Of a stretch of DNA of 64,000 nt, positions 47,081-60,941 are shown one piece after another. The notes beneath the pieces were generated by a model. It did not search any database, was not told the origin of the DNA, and worked only from the letters and a program-made list of their open reading frames with translations. Both the position numbers and the translations under genes were made by a program. Location: the NCBI GenBank assembly GCA_020137815.1, contig CM035359.1, positions 6,944,001 to 7,008,000 of the forward strand, given 5' to 3'. Source of the DNA: Hormiphora californensis (lineage: Eukaryota; Animalia; Ctenophora). Position 1 is the first letter of the stretch; every line of letters begins with the position of its first letter.

Positions 47081-50000
47081 ATGAATGGAGATGCCACGGA
47101 GACTGAGGCGGGCCAGCAACCCTCACCCTCGGGCGGGGAAGAGGACGACAAGAGGCTGGAGGTGAGAACTGGGAGGGTGTTATGAGATATATCTTGAGAG
47201 ACTAATTCAGCTCATACCGACCACTTTATATAGTTTATTCCTACATTGCAACAATAATGTAAAGCAATACAACACATTGTTTTCTTTCAGAAGTTCATGG
47301 GTAGAAAAGAAAGAAGGCGGAGTAGCTTGAACAAGCCACTACTGGGTGACTATTTAGGAGCCCGGAGTAACAGCAAAATGCAGGCAATTATCAGGTATAA
47401 TATTGTTGGATATATATATACCGCGAGTGCACATATCACTCCCGCTCCGCGCGACCATTTGCACGGTGAAATATGCACTCTGCTTCCGCGGGAGCGTGCA
47501 GATATAGGGGTAGCGGGATATAAGTAAGAACAGTGTCCCCTCAGTGTTTTTACACCTTATTCACACACAAACACACAGAATATGACTGACACAGTGCCAA
47601 GCGACACAGAATCTGTCAAATTACACTCACTCTCCCTCTTTCTCTCACTAATTATCCCCTTATCATGTTTTGTTGTTCACTATTTCCAAGAATTCCAATC
47701 TCCCTCTCTCGTATCTCTCTCTTTATCCCTCTCTTCTTTTCACTGTTAAAACTGTCAAAACTTGGTCCCCTTGTGTGTAAAAGGTGTAGTAGTGTATCTG
47801 TGTATTTTTGTGTTAGTAAGGTGATAAACTAGGAACACCACAAACAAAATTGTTACAAAGGATTTCCACCTCAAATGTACTCCTAAGGGTCCCCTCTATC
47901 GATTCCAACCAATGCTCATATTTGCTCAGGGGTGCTAAGGCCTCATTTCCGGGTGGGCGTGGTACCTGTATTTTCAGCCTGAGGCCAAAACCATAAATAC
48001 CCTTAAAATAGGAGTAGAGACTAAACTGAGGGCACTAAAATGATCAGCGTCCTCGAATTAGTGGGGGTAGGTGCTAAAATTAAGTCTCTATCTCATCTGG
48101 TTAATTAGATAATTGGATAATTAGTTTTGCGCATAACCTTTTTTGGCTATATGGCTATAGCCACTTAGGAATGGTTAAGAGACTTTTCATTGGTGCCATT
48201 TTGTAGGCAAAGCGAAATTATGGGGGGTCGAAGTCGGACTTTTAAGCTCTATCTTTAACCGTTTAGCCGTTATTTGGCTTTAACGGTGTTCAAAATTGGG
48301 CTTTTTACCGTATTTTGCTCATTTGGAGCATCTTAAAAGCCAAATAACGGCTAAACGGTTGAAGATAGAGCTTAAAAGTCCGATGTCGACCCCCCATAAT
48401 TTCGCTTTGCCTACAAAATGGCACCAATGAAAAGTCTCTTAACCATTCCTAAGTGGCTATAGCCATATAGCCAAAAAACGGTTATGCACAAAACTAATTA
48501 TCCAATTATCTAATTAACCAGATGAGATAGATACTTAATTTTAGCACCTACCCCCACTAATTCAACGACGCTGATCATTTTAGTGCCCTCAGTTTTGTCT
48601 CTACTCCTATTTTAAGGGTATTTATGGTTTTGGCCTCAGGCTGAAAATACAGGTACCACGCCCACCCGGAAATGAGGCCTTAGCACCCCTGAGCAAATAT
48701 GAGCATTGGTTGGAATCGATAGAGGGGACCCTTAGGAGTACGTTTCAGGTGGAAATCCTTTGTAACAAATTTTTTTCTGGTTGGAGCTAAAATCTTAGTT
48801 AAATCCCCTTACTATGTAGTTTTGCTTAGTTTGTACCTTGTTTTGTCACATCTCTCTGTGTGTAATCACCCAAAATTATGATTGTTTTGCTTGTCATGTG
48901 TTTTCTCGCGGAATATATACTCAATAACGTCCTGCACGGCATGTGCAAGCGCTCCTATATCGCACTCGTTTCACTCGTGCAATATAATAGGTGTGAAATG
49001 CACTCCAGCTTCGCTGTCGTGCATTTCACCTCCATATACGCTCTGCAGTGCAGAGCGTATATGGCGCGCTTGCACTGCGTGCAGAACGTTATGTACTATA
49101 TATACCATGAGGTAGTGCCAGTATATATTATGGTGTTCACTGTTCAGTATCCCTCATCTTGACTGGAAACAGTGCCAATTCTCTACCTCCCTCTAGTAAG
49201 CATGACGAGAAGGAGGTGCTATTTGCTGATGTAGTTGTGAAGATGAACAGGAGATGTAAACTACAAGAGAGGATATTGTTATTGACAGAGAGATCCCTAT
49301 ACAACATAGACCCTACCTCCATGAAGGCAAAGAGAAGGTTTGATGACTGGACTGATACTGATGTGGACTGTGTGGACGAATTGTACAGACAGCTGACACT
49401 GAGTTAGACAGGGGACAGACAACAGACACTGAATTAGACAGACAGACAACAGACAGGGTACAGACAACAGGACACTGCAGTCTGACATTAAAAGGTTACT
49501 CTCCCTCTCAGGATAGGGTTAATGGATATCTCGTGTGTCAAGATGAGTGGTTTACAAGACAACTTCTTTGTCATCTGTGTGCCCTCTGAATACGACTACC
49601 TATTCGTCAGCAGGTCAGTTGATAGCTTGTTATATGTTCTAACCCTCCCTTTACATCGCGAAACAGGGTCTAGCTAGGCAAGGTGATAGCCACAATGAGA
49701 CGGCATAGTGATAGGGTCATTGCGTACTAAACTACCAATATCTATTTCATGTTCTACCCCCTTCACCAGTAAGAAAATAGAGATATGCCTACAACTGAGA
49801 AGGCAGTACCAGTACGTTAAGAGTGGTCAAGTTCTTCCAATAGAATTCAAAAACACGTAAGTATCCCTCCGTCTGGTGTTATTGTTTGTCGTCATAATCT
49901 CTGCTGAACAGAGATTATGATGACGTCCTGTCTTTATCTATTCGTTGTGTATCTACATTCCTCTCATACAACATAGGCCAGCCACGAATGTGACCGCAAA

Positions 50001-50474
50001 CTAACGTCTGTCTATGAATAGTTATCGTTTGCTGTATTCGTATTGATAGGGCCGGTTTGACTATACTTCATTTTCTACACAATTGTCGTCTCAGGTTAGA
50101 GTATAAAGTTGATAGTGGCGTGGTAAGGGAGGTACGATTTACCAAAGAAACAGGTATTATATCATCTATGCATTTAGGTATTCCTTATCAAGATTGCCAA
50201 TTCTGAACATGCTTCCAATTACCCCACACTCCTTTATTATTGGTTGCAAGTCCTGATACCCCGCCACTGCCCCTTCCTACGATGTGTTGATGATGTAGCG
50301 CGCGAGGACTTTGTAACGCGCAGATATCACTCCTTTTCGCGCATCTCATCTCACCTTACACACTCTGTGATGCAGCAAGTGTGTATTTTGGGTGTGTATA
50401 AATCCGTGTAATGTGACGTCATGTATGTTTCAGACGGGGTTGCCACGCAGGTACTGGACAGGAAGAAGGCGTGA
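47081..50474 (+). CDS. Stand-alone myosin-I tail homology 1 (TH1, PH-like) domain protein, ~200 aa, 7 exons
   Basis: Approximate exons 47081-47161, 47291-47393 (GRKERRRSSL...GDYL), 49197-49338 (VLFADVVVKMNRRCKLQERILLLT..SLY), 49512-49612 (SGLQDNFFVICVPSEYDYLF), 49770-49856, 50096-50153, 50434-50474 (stop). Confidence 0.8.
47846..48772. mobile_element. ~930-bp near-perfect palindromic element in the TH1 gene intron; part of an arm recurs at ~41080-41335
   Basis: ttgttacaaaggatttccacc...ggtggaaatcctttgtaacaa, with ~450-bp arms. Confidence 0.85.
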
Positions 50475-50606
50475 ATATATTCAATATGAACTTGTTGTTG
50501 TTAGTGATACGTTTTCTTCGTCTCAGTTTTGCTATGAGCTTTTGGCAGGTCCCCAATATGTATAGTGATTACCAAATAGAGACAAAGAGAGCATCTAGAA
50601 AGAGAC

Positions 50607-50692
<86 letters not shown>

Positions 50693-50942
50693 AGAGAGTG
50701 AGAGAGAGAGAGAAATACAGTTAATGGTTGGCTTACGTGCCCACTGCAAGTGTGAGTTTGACAATTCAATTGTGTCTCTCTTTTTCTGTTATACACATTG
50801 CACCCTTGTTAGAACATTACATCTACACTGTGAATACACGCACAGTTATAAAGAAATAGAACACATTTGAGAATGGGAAACTAATAATCTCACACGAGAG
50901 AGAGAGCTGTATTACATGAAGAGATTCACACGGAGAGAGATC

Positions 50943-51000
<58 letters not shown>

Positions 51001-51535
51001 CAGTGTGATCTAGGGAGAGGCAGAGAGAACAGTAGTACAACATGTATTGTACTGACGTATGTCATAACGCGTACAGAGAGGGAGGGAGAGTGTGTGTGTA
51101 ATTGAATGACAATGGCTGCTGTACACGCGGCCTATTTAACACTTCTCTAGCAGACATGCTCTCTCCTTTCCTACAATTGTGTGTTGTACATCGTTGCAGT
51201 AGAAATACGTTTAACATAGTTTAACGAAAAAGTAGACGATATTATTTATAAGATTAGTTTACGTTTATTTTTGTTGAGCAAATATATATATATTTAGATT
51301 TAGAGTCTATGTATTCTTTATTTGATCTGGTGAAAGTGTAACTTGAATAAAATGTTTGTTTATTTTTCATTTTCTCTGGCAAGTTGCCATGATTTTTACA
51401 TATTACCGAGTTTGTTACAACTCAGTATATTATTGTATTTGCACACAGCTTTTATGTCACATGTCTATCCAAAATGATAATATATCGAGAGTTTTGATAT
51501 GCAGTTTGTGTGGTTGTGTGTGTGTTGGTGTGTGT

Positions 51536-51591
<56 letters not shown>

Positions 51592-51817
51592 AATCTATCG
51601 TCAAAGAAAATATATTTTAAATCCACCTGTGAGCGTTTGATGTTGACTTTTTCTAAGTGCACCGAATCAAAGAATTTGAATCAATCACTCCCACCCACAT
51701 TCCCCAACTCTCTAAGTTCTAACTCTCCCTCCCCTAACCCCCTCCCTCTTTCTAACTCTCCCCCCTCCCTCTTTCTAACTCTCTTGTAACCCTAATTACC
51801 CTGTGTAGCGCTAAACA

Positions 51818-53788
51818 ATGTCAGACCAGAGTGGAGGTGGGGAGAACACTAGAGGAGATATCCCACCCCCTGCCTACACTGGATACGATGGTACTCCCCC
51901 CTCCTACCAAGAACATGCAGTGAAAAAGGTAACAGTTAGTTATCTAGAAGGAGAGATTAGAGCCAAGATGACATTATCCAGAGAGGGGGATCAAATATTT
52001 GTTTAGTGTGGTTCTCTATCGCTTTATTCAGGCACCGACCGAATCAGGAAATGCTGGTCCCTGATTGGCTGTTAACCAGTCAGTGACCGACCGAAACAAG
52101 TAAACAACCAATCAGAACTCGTTATCTAGGTCACGTGACTGGCAGTCACGTGACCTAAATAACGAGTTCTGATTGGTTGTCTACTTGTTTTAGTCGGTTC
52201 CTGGCTTTATTATCATCTCCCTCCCCCAGGTGGACCTCCCTCCCTATACTGGTGACGGAGCGGGCAACACTGCATTTGTAGGAGATGATAGCGAAGAGGT
52301 TCCACCCCGAAACAGGTACGCAGAGAGTCGAGAGATGGGGTGTGTGTGGTGTATTGTAAAGATGGGGTGTGTCAGGGGTATATTGAGATAATGAATAGTG
52401 TCTCACGATACCACCATTATTATAACCCCCGTCCCCCTCCAGGCATGTGACGTACGGTTACGCAGCTATGTTACTTAGCAATGAGGAATTGGGAACAGAT
52501 TCAATCTTCATTCTTTGTTTACTAGGTTTGTAAACAAATTTAGTAATCCCCCTGCCCCTGCCCCCTTTAGTTTATATGACGTCATGTATTTCTTATCCTC
52601 AGTGCGTTTTCAATACCATCTCTTTCAGTTTCCCAGTTTTAACTCCACCTTTATTTCACCTCTATTTTAGTGTGCCAGTTGTCTAACTCCACCTCTATTT
52701 CAGTGTGCCTGTTGTTTAACTGGGTAGGGTACATTATCTGCTGCTGTCTCTTCACCTCTATAGCAGCCAGATGTGGAGCACTCAGTGGAATAGGTCTAAA
52801 TCTCATCAAGATGCTTGTTATTCTCAGGGTAGGTTGGGAAAATTTATTATGGCTGGTAGGTTGGGAAAATGTAGCTGGTAGGTTGATCTTCTAATAGAGC
52901 AGTGGTATATCGCTATTATTACACCACGAATAAGGCTTGTGCTTTTCCTACAATTGTCATTCAGTGGCGTGTCGGTCCTCTTTTACAACTCCCCTCCGGC
53001 CTCCCACGACCTAACTTTTTATATATTGTATAATAGGTTTCTATAATTTCTCCTCTCTCTCTCAGAAATGTCAGTTTGAGAACCCTCAGCTGGTACAAAC
53101 ACAACTCTACCTCCAACTTCATGACTTCCAGTACGCCGCTCTAATGCTCCTTGGTAAGTGACATAGTGTGTGCTTGTGTGTATGTGTGTGTGTGCTTGTG
53201 TGACGTTTGTAGTGATCTTGTTATCGTATTTGTGAGATCACAGTGGTCATCTGAATTCTGACATCATTTCTCGTCGGATTATGTCGGATGACCACTGTCA
53301 GAAGCTGAGCACTCTGAGCTTGCTGCAGGCATTGTGTAATTTTATTTGCTGATGGCTGGGGGTAGTTAATTGCTTTAAATCATATAGCATGTTGTTGGAA
53401 TCTAGCTAATGATGCTTTGCCGTGTTGTACTTTCTTGTTCAATATACTTTGTTCATTTTGTGTTCACTTTGTGTTGGGTTTGCTAAGTGCTTTCTGAATA
53501 TAATCCCGGTGTGAATTCTTGTTTATCTTTTTTAATAAAGAAGCATGTTTGAAGAAACTGATATGTGTCAAGAGCCACTATAGCACCATGTATCTGATGT
53601 CAACCCTTTTAAAGCACTGCTGCCTGAATGAAGAAATCTTCCCTGCTGCTGCTAACTGCGATGTTGGAATATAATTCACCTATTATTAACCCACCCCAGG
53701 AATCGTAACAATGTTCTATGGGTTCCTGAGATACAACACAGCTAAAGCTCAGTTCAACAGACAGGCACTACTACCCCGGTACATGTAA
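51818..53788 (+). CDS. NDFIP: NEDD4 family-interacting protein (NDFIP1/2-like), 6 exons
   Basis: N-terminal PY motifs PPAY, PPSY, LPPY; LGTDSIF; LFNWVGY...TSIAARCGALSGIGL; three TM segments. Approximate exons 51818-51928, 52230-52314, 52443-52525, 52703-52828, 53066-53153, 53700-53788. Confidence 0.9.
52029..52203. mobile_element. hAT-type MITE, composite/rearranged copy (175 bp)
   Basis: 8-bp TSD gctttatt. Contains an internal inverted piece of the same family. Confidence 0.82.
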
Positions 53789-54356
53789 CCACCTGATAAC
53801 CACATGGTAACCGCCAGAACACTTGAGGAATTGGTTGAAAGCATTTGGATCTTGGAAAATAAAGCTTTGGTTTGAAATTTATTTTAATTGCGAAAAAAAA
53901 CAATGATAATCATAAAGGATTAACTGCTGATTATTGGAATGACCAATATTCTTTTTTTGGGTTCATTATTCTCATATGCATGATAAATAATGAGGTGTGA
54001 TGAATTATACTGTGGAACATGTTTGATTAGCTGATATATATCGTGATCCAAATCGTGAGTTACGTGATTTATGAGTTCAAAAACATTGTATTTTAGTTAA
54101 AAAAAGAGATTGTTGGAGTTTTTACACAACTTAAAAGCACTCACGTCCAGCATTCTCAGTTAAGTTAAACATATTTTTCAATCTTATTTTCTGTAATAAT
54201 TGCATCATCTGTTTAAAAGTTTGGTAAATTAACGTTTTTACATCTGTCTACCTCAAATTCGCCCGCAAAAACAGAAGTCTGATTAAGAATTATAAATCTA
54301 TCAAATGAATGACAGTTCTCATTGGCTGTCTTTATTAGATCCGTTATAGGTGTTTC

Positions 54357-54527
54357 ACCTGGTGCCATGACAACGCCCACCTGGTGCCATGACAACCCCA
54401 CCTGGTGCCATGACAACCCCACCTGGTGCCATGACAACCCCACCTGGTACCATGACAACCCCACCTGGTCCCATGACAACCCCACCTGGTACCATGACAA
54501 CCCCACCTGGTGCCATGAAAACCCCAC
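54357..54527. repeat. 21-bp minisatellite (cacctggtgccatgacaaccc), ~8 copies
   Basis: Direct tandem repeat. Confidence 0.95.
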
Positions 54528-54581
54528 CTCATGTTCCCGCGGGCAATGGTCTGCCATGTCCTGGGTATAGTTTAACAGGTT

Positions 54582-57038
54582 CTACATATAGCTAGTATGG
54601 TCTGCCATGTCTGCTGCTGTTATGTTATAGTGGGACCCCAGGGTGCCGAGGTGTCTCAGACTCCGAATACTCGCGTAAGGGTTGATGTTCTGGTGGTGAT
54701 CGAAGGAGGGTGGTCCTGTAGGGGGTGTTCGAGGGGAGAGCGTTGCAGTAGTCCCGCCTGGCAACTTCTCTGAAAGAAAGGAAGGGATTATAAAAGAGCG
54801 GGTTTCCTATATTATAGAGCGGTATGCAAGGTCTTCAGATAGCAGCTGTAGCATAGCGTGATGGCACCAAATAACGAGAGCGAAAGGGTACTTTTTGTAA
54901 GTTGGTAATTGAAACGAATTTTTCATTTCAATTAGCCAATATTCGGTGACAATCTCTTGATAAGCCAGCTACGTAAATTCCCCCAATCGGGTTTAGACAA
55001 TCGTGATTCCCCACAATAAACCTTGTTACACAAGCAGCAATGTTCGACACACAGCAAGTATCCCAGAGATACTATCCCTGATACATCACAGCACACTACT
55101 ACTGCAGTATTACAGTGCTGCTTGCAGTCAAAATACGGTAACGCAAAATACAGTAAGGAGACGCGCACGGTGCATAACGCGCGGCAAAAAGTTCATGTGT
55201 CAGCACGTACTAGCGCCCTGATTGGTCACGGTTGCGCGTCGTCTTACTGTATCTTCGTTTTCCATTACCGTTTTTATATATCCTCACATTTCAGAGAGCT
55301 ATATATCTCTCTCTCTCCATGTGATCACGCCACTGTTAGGATATTTTCAGGGGGTACTGGTTCATTTTCAGCCGCTATAACAGTAGTTTCCCTTATATCC
55401 CGCACCACAAAGCCCACCTCAGACGCTGTTGAGGAGAGGGCGTTCAACTGAAATACTGCCATCGAGGGGGAGGCCTTGAATGTCGGCAGTTGCCACTGTC
55501 TAGTTACACCTATAATAATGTCGTACAACGCGAGATAGCTTCAAGAGATGGCTACGTGGCTTGGGCACGTCGCGCTATCCCCTGTACAGCGGCCAACTAC
55601 GTGGCATTCAAGTACTAATCCTCCTTTTTTGGCGATATTATATGTCTCACTACATGTGTAGATGTTTCACAATACAGGGATTTCCCCTAGTAGTTACTTA
55701 CGTTTTGTCCTCTTTGCTTCAATTATGGCCATGATAGTTGCCTTGACCAGTTTACTGTGGGCATCTATCGCTAATGCTGACTCTAATATCTGAAGTGGTG
55801 GGTTCCATAGTTAGTGAAGTGGTGGGTAGATAATTGTACTAGCTTCCAATGTAGTTATTTCATCATCATACCTAGACGGACTCATGCATGAGTGTCAATA
55901 ATAATCAGTTCAAACTAGTCCCCCTGCACTTACAGATAATAATGTGGCTAGAAATACCCCTCCCAGCCAGGTGGTTAGAAAACCATCAACTTCTAGTTCA
56001 GGTTGGCTTGTATCGTACTTGTTTAGATCTGCAGATTGGTATAGGCGATCAGTGGATTAGTTATAGACACTGGGTAGCTTACCCGGTAATAAGGGGTGCC
56101 ACTGCAATGTAATCTATAGGAAGTCAAAAGTGTACCAATAGTAATACTAGCAGTACTGCGAGGGGAAGACGGAAGTTTCATATTTTAAGACCAGCAATTG
56201 TTAGCCAGCTTCATGGGGGAAGTGGGACCTCTTGATATTTACTCACAAGATATCACCTCACTGATCAGGATCGCACTGGCTCCTATCAACACCACTGTAG
56301 TCATTAGAGATATGTTAGATGCGGGCACTATACTGATCGCCAGGATAGAGGAGAAACATAGTAGGATTGAGGACCACAACACGCAGTATAGTAGTGGTAT
56401 TGCCACCGTAGATTGCTGTAGATGTGTACTGTTAGTGGTTGTGATATATCGTAGGAAATAAAACAAGGCGGTCATTATGGTGGTGGTTTGATTGCTAGAC
56501 TGCTACAATTTGCTATAATTAAGATCCATCCATTTCTATTACCTTGAAAAAGAATGCTTCCACTGTCTCTGATGTGTAAAGGATTGTAACACATAACAAG
56601 GCCACGCCCACCACCTGTAAACAAGGTTGAGAGATTGTTAGAGAGTCAGAGAGAGATATTGTTAATATGACTAGTGGAAGGTTCTACACTTTTAGAAATA
56701 AAACGGGGAAGACATGTCTATATAAAGATATTATGTACTATCATGGGGCCTACTGCAATTTGGGCACTTAGCTTAAGCTTAAAGAGCCAACCTGTCAAAA
56801 GTTAAGCTGATGCACACCATAATCCGATAATCGTATAAAGTATTAAAGTACATATATGCAGGTGATACATATATAATAATAGCTGTGACTTGTTGAGTAA
56901 GGGGGAACTCTTACTTTACTCTTACTTTACTCTTACCTTACTCAACAAGCTGTGATCACTCACCAAGGCGATGATACTGATAAAGCGTCTACAAAATTTG
57001 TACATGGGGTTAGCCCCCGAGTTCTGCTTGGTAGTCAT
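54582..57038 (-). CDS. Unidentified four-TM membrane protein (claudin/PMP22-like topology possible)
   Basis: Phase-consistent exons 57038-56964 (MTTKQ...FISIIAL), ~56614-56543 (VVGVALLCVTILY), ~56502-56257 (two hydrophobic spans), ~56113-56083, ~56028-55934 (WLGGVFLATLLS), ~55789-55702, then 54769-54582 (or 55509-55325). Confidence 0.6.
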
Positions 57039-57122
57039 ATCTCTCTCAAGGATCCTTAGAATCACCGGTTTGTCCCTTCAGTTTGTTGTATTTACTGTTT
57101 ACATTCTGCAAAGTAGTGAAGC

Positions 57123-57504
57123 CATGTGAGACAACTTGTGGGACACCCTGTGAGACACACTGTGAAACACACTGTGAGACACCATGTGAGACACACTGTG
57201 GGACACCCTGTGAGACACCCTGTGAGACACCCTGTGAGACACCCTGTGAGACACACTGTGAGACACACTGTGAGACACCCTGTGAGACACCCTGTGAGAC
57301 ACCCTGTGAGACACCCTGTGAGACACACTGTGAAACGCACTGTGAGACACCCTGTGAGACACACTGTGAGACACCCTGTGAGACACCCTGTGAGACACAC
57401 TGTGAGACACCCTGTGAGACACCCTGTGAGACATACTGTGAGACACACTGTGAGACACACTGTGAGACACACTATGAGACACACTGTGAGACACCCTGTG
57501 AGAC
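57123..57504. repeat. 12-bp minisatellite (tgtgagacac(c/a)c), ~31 copies
   Basis: Direct tandem repeat. It produces the low-complexity ORFs in the track. Confidence 0.96.
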
Positions 57505-59280
57505 AAATTTATTTGCAATACGTTTAGCCGGTAGGTATAACTATCATAGTTGATATAATTATAATATAATATATAAGGGGCATAAGGATACTTGTAATAC
57601 GAATTTACCATTGGATAGTTACAAAGTAAAGACAGAGATCGGCAAACGAACAGGATTTTTATGTCAAGTAAAATACTTGTCTCAACGTTATCTCAATACA
57701 CGTCCTATATAGTGAGACGAGCTACTGTTCACACAGCAGAGTGCACACTGTCCTGAGTGTCCACACACACACATGTGTAAAGTACATCACGCTCCCACTA
57801 GTCAAATTAATATATACTGAAACCAGGGCAACAGATTCCGTGGTGTCTCAGAATTAATTTGGTAATAGCTATATGATAGACCTGAATCTTGCACGAACTG
57901 CTAACTGTCTATTCCAGCTGATTAAGTCTATGTAGTATTGGTTGGGCAAGTGATGATGATGATGATAGCAGATATAGGGGCCTCTAGTTGTTTGCAACAC
58001 CTCTCCACCAAGGGAAGGTGATGTTCGTCAGAATTAGAGATGTATAATACAAGACATGACTATGATAGTAAGCAGTAGTCTTTAAGTAGCACAATAAATA
58101 CTTGTACGGGGCACTGGATATGTAACACAGCATCTCTATAAAGAGCCAGGGTATATATATATCAAATAAGAATGCAAATTAAACTGCAGCAACTGAATCG
58201 AGATAATATATATCTGTCAGAGAACTGCATAGTCAGAGAATTGGCCTCACAGAGATATACTGTCAACTCATCAATTGATATTTATAGGTTGAGATCTCTA
58301 TGATCAGAGAATCAGAAAGAATGCGTGAGAAAAAACAAAAATGTATTATTGGTAAAGGTCAATACGTAATGCAGAGTATTTAGATCAGTTTCAATTTAAC
58401 TCTATCTAGTTTTGGAGAGAGATATGTTGCTGTCAGAGAACAAAACTTCATTAACTTGTGTGACCGCTAGATATATGCAGTGAAACTGACACATCATCTC
58501 ACCCTACCACGTACCTTCAGGTATACTGTCAGAAGAAACTGAGGAAAGTCAATGAGGCACTGCCCCCCCCCCCCCTCCAATTCTCTAACAACCTTGACAT
58601 GCAGGTACAATTATAATTTTCCTTTGATAGTTCCATCTTTTAATGGGGGCATGCATACTTATTGGGGAGAGTTTGGAATAGATCGTACTTTCTATTTTGA
58701 CTCCTCCACACACATGCTAAGTATCCCCCTCCCCCTCCCCCCCCCCCTTAGTAATTGTTCCACCTTACTCAACAACCTAGTAGCGTAATATGACTGAATA
58801 CTATTTTACATCATAGTAACTGTGCGACACTTTCTAACAGCAAATGATTCATATCAGTTGTAATTTTACCCCATCATGCACATCATGTGCAGCACATGTG
58901 TGTCCACATGTGTTGCACTATCACGGGCAAGGAAGAATTAATATGCCAAAATTCAAGACCGTAGGGAATGAAAAATGCATGTTAATAGGAGATTAAATTA
59001 AGAAGGAATGAAAATATATATTTTCTCTCCTGTCCTGCAGTGCTAAAACAGTACTCCCCTCCATTTTGGTTTATCTGTTGGAATATATGTCTTCTTTCTC
59101 TTTGCCTATATAGATAGCTATTGGGGACACAATATATAATCGACATATTTGGAGATTTTCAATGGCGTTTAGCTTAATCTATATCCCCATATTATTATAA
59201 AGAGAGCTCTCTTTTGAGGTAAAATGATATAATAGAGGTAATAAAAGGATAGTTTGTGTCTAGGAATGAGGTCTGTTGGG

Positions 59281-60145
59281 GAGGGTAGAAGGTTCTTGAG
59301 AGGAAGGTTCAGGGGTAGAAGGTTCTTGGGAGGAAGGTTCTTGGGAGGAAGGTTCTTGGGAGGAAGGTTCTTGGGAGGAAGGTTCTTGGGAGGAAGGTTC
59401 AGGGGTAGAAGGTTCTTGGGAGGAAGGTTCAGGGGTAGAAGGTTCTTGGCAGGAAGGTTCAGGGGTAGAAGGTTCTTAGGAGGAAGGTTCAGGGGTAGAA
59501 GGTTCTTGGGAGGAAGGTTCTTGGGAGGAAGGTTCTTAGGAGGAAGGTTCAGGGGTAGAAGGTTCTTGGGAGGAAGGTTCTTGGCAGGAAGGTTCAGGGA
59601 TAGAAGGTTCTTGGGAGGAAGGTTCAGGGGTAGAAGGTTCTTGGGATGAAGGTTCAGGGGTAGAAGGTTCTTGGGAGGAAGGTTCAGGGGTAGAAGGTTC
59701 TTGGGAGGAAGGTTCAGGGGTAGAAGGTTCTTGGGAGGAAGGTTCAGGGGTAGAAGGTTCTTGGGAGGAAGGTTCAGGGGTAGAAGGTTCTTGGGAGGAA
59801 GGTTCAGGGGTAGAAGGTTCTTGGGAGGAAGGTTCAGGGGTAGAAGGTTCTTGGGAGGAAGGTTCTTGGGAGGAAAGTTCTTAGGAGGAAGGTTCAGGGG
59901 TAGAAGGTTCTTGGCAGGAAGGTTCAGGGGAGGAAGGTTCTTGGAAGAAAGGTTCAGGGGTAAAAGGTTCTTGGGAGGAAGGTTCAGGGGTAGAAGGTTC
60001 TTGGTAGGAAGGTTCAGGGGTAGGAGGTTCAGGGGTAGAAGGTTCTTGGGAGGAAGGTTCTTGGGAGGAAGGTTCAGGGGTAGAAGGTTCTTGGGAGGAA
60101 GGTTCAGGGGTAGAAGGTTCTTGGGAGGAAGGTTCAGGGGTAGAT
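59281..60145. repeat. 15-bp two-variant minisatellite (aggggtagaaggttc / ttgggaggaaggttc)
   Basis: Direct tandem repeat with alternating variants. Confidence 0.96.
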
Positions 60146-60848
60146 CAGGAGTCTTGAGGGGTATTAGAGGGAGGAGGGTGCAGTGTCGGACTAGGGAGGG
60201 TAGAAGGTTCTCAGAGAGGGAGGAGGGTGCAGTGTCGGACTAGGGAGGGTAGAAGGTTCTCAGAGAGGGAGGAGGAGGATGCAGGAAGAGTGCTACTACT
60301 TGCGCCCCTTCTCGGCCGAATGTCAGGGGTTGTAACCAGAATTACCGCAGCCCCACCCATTATAATCGGGCCGCACTTCCACTGTTGACTTCCCCCTTAC
60401 TCAACAACTGTTGACAGTACGGGACTCGGGAGGTGTGGCAAAATACTGATAACTGTCGGCTTTTTAGATGGACACTTTAAATTTTTATAGTAGCTGGATG
60501 GACACTTTAAATTTTTATAGTAGCTGATGGAACTGATGGTACATATAAATTAGGGACGGCCAATTATTAGACAGTACCCACTTGTTGAGCTAATTAAGTT
60601 TTTGTACTATCGATCATGAATGACTCTATAGATGGCTGGCCTGTACAGGGTGGCATTTGACCTGGTTATGGTACTGCCCATTCAATTTTGTAGTAATTTT
60701 ATTCAGCATCTATCGGCTCCCTTCTTTGTGACATCACGTGACCAGGCCCGGTATATATTAGCACTGAAGCACAACTTGGCAGATTTACCAATCATTAATA
60801 ATTGATCCATGATCTGGGTCTGAAGAGAGGACCTGCAGCTAGAAGAAG

Positions 60849-60941
<93 letters not shown>

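Noticed and set aside
57083-57611. Cys/His-rich (CETP/CETH)n metallothionein-like ORF
   Set aside because: It is a 12-bp minisatellite open in several frames on both strands, with no splice or codon evidence, lying just upstream of another gene's start.
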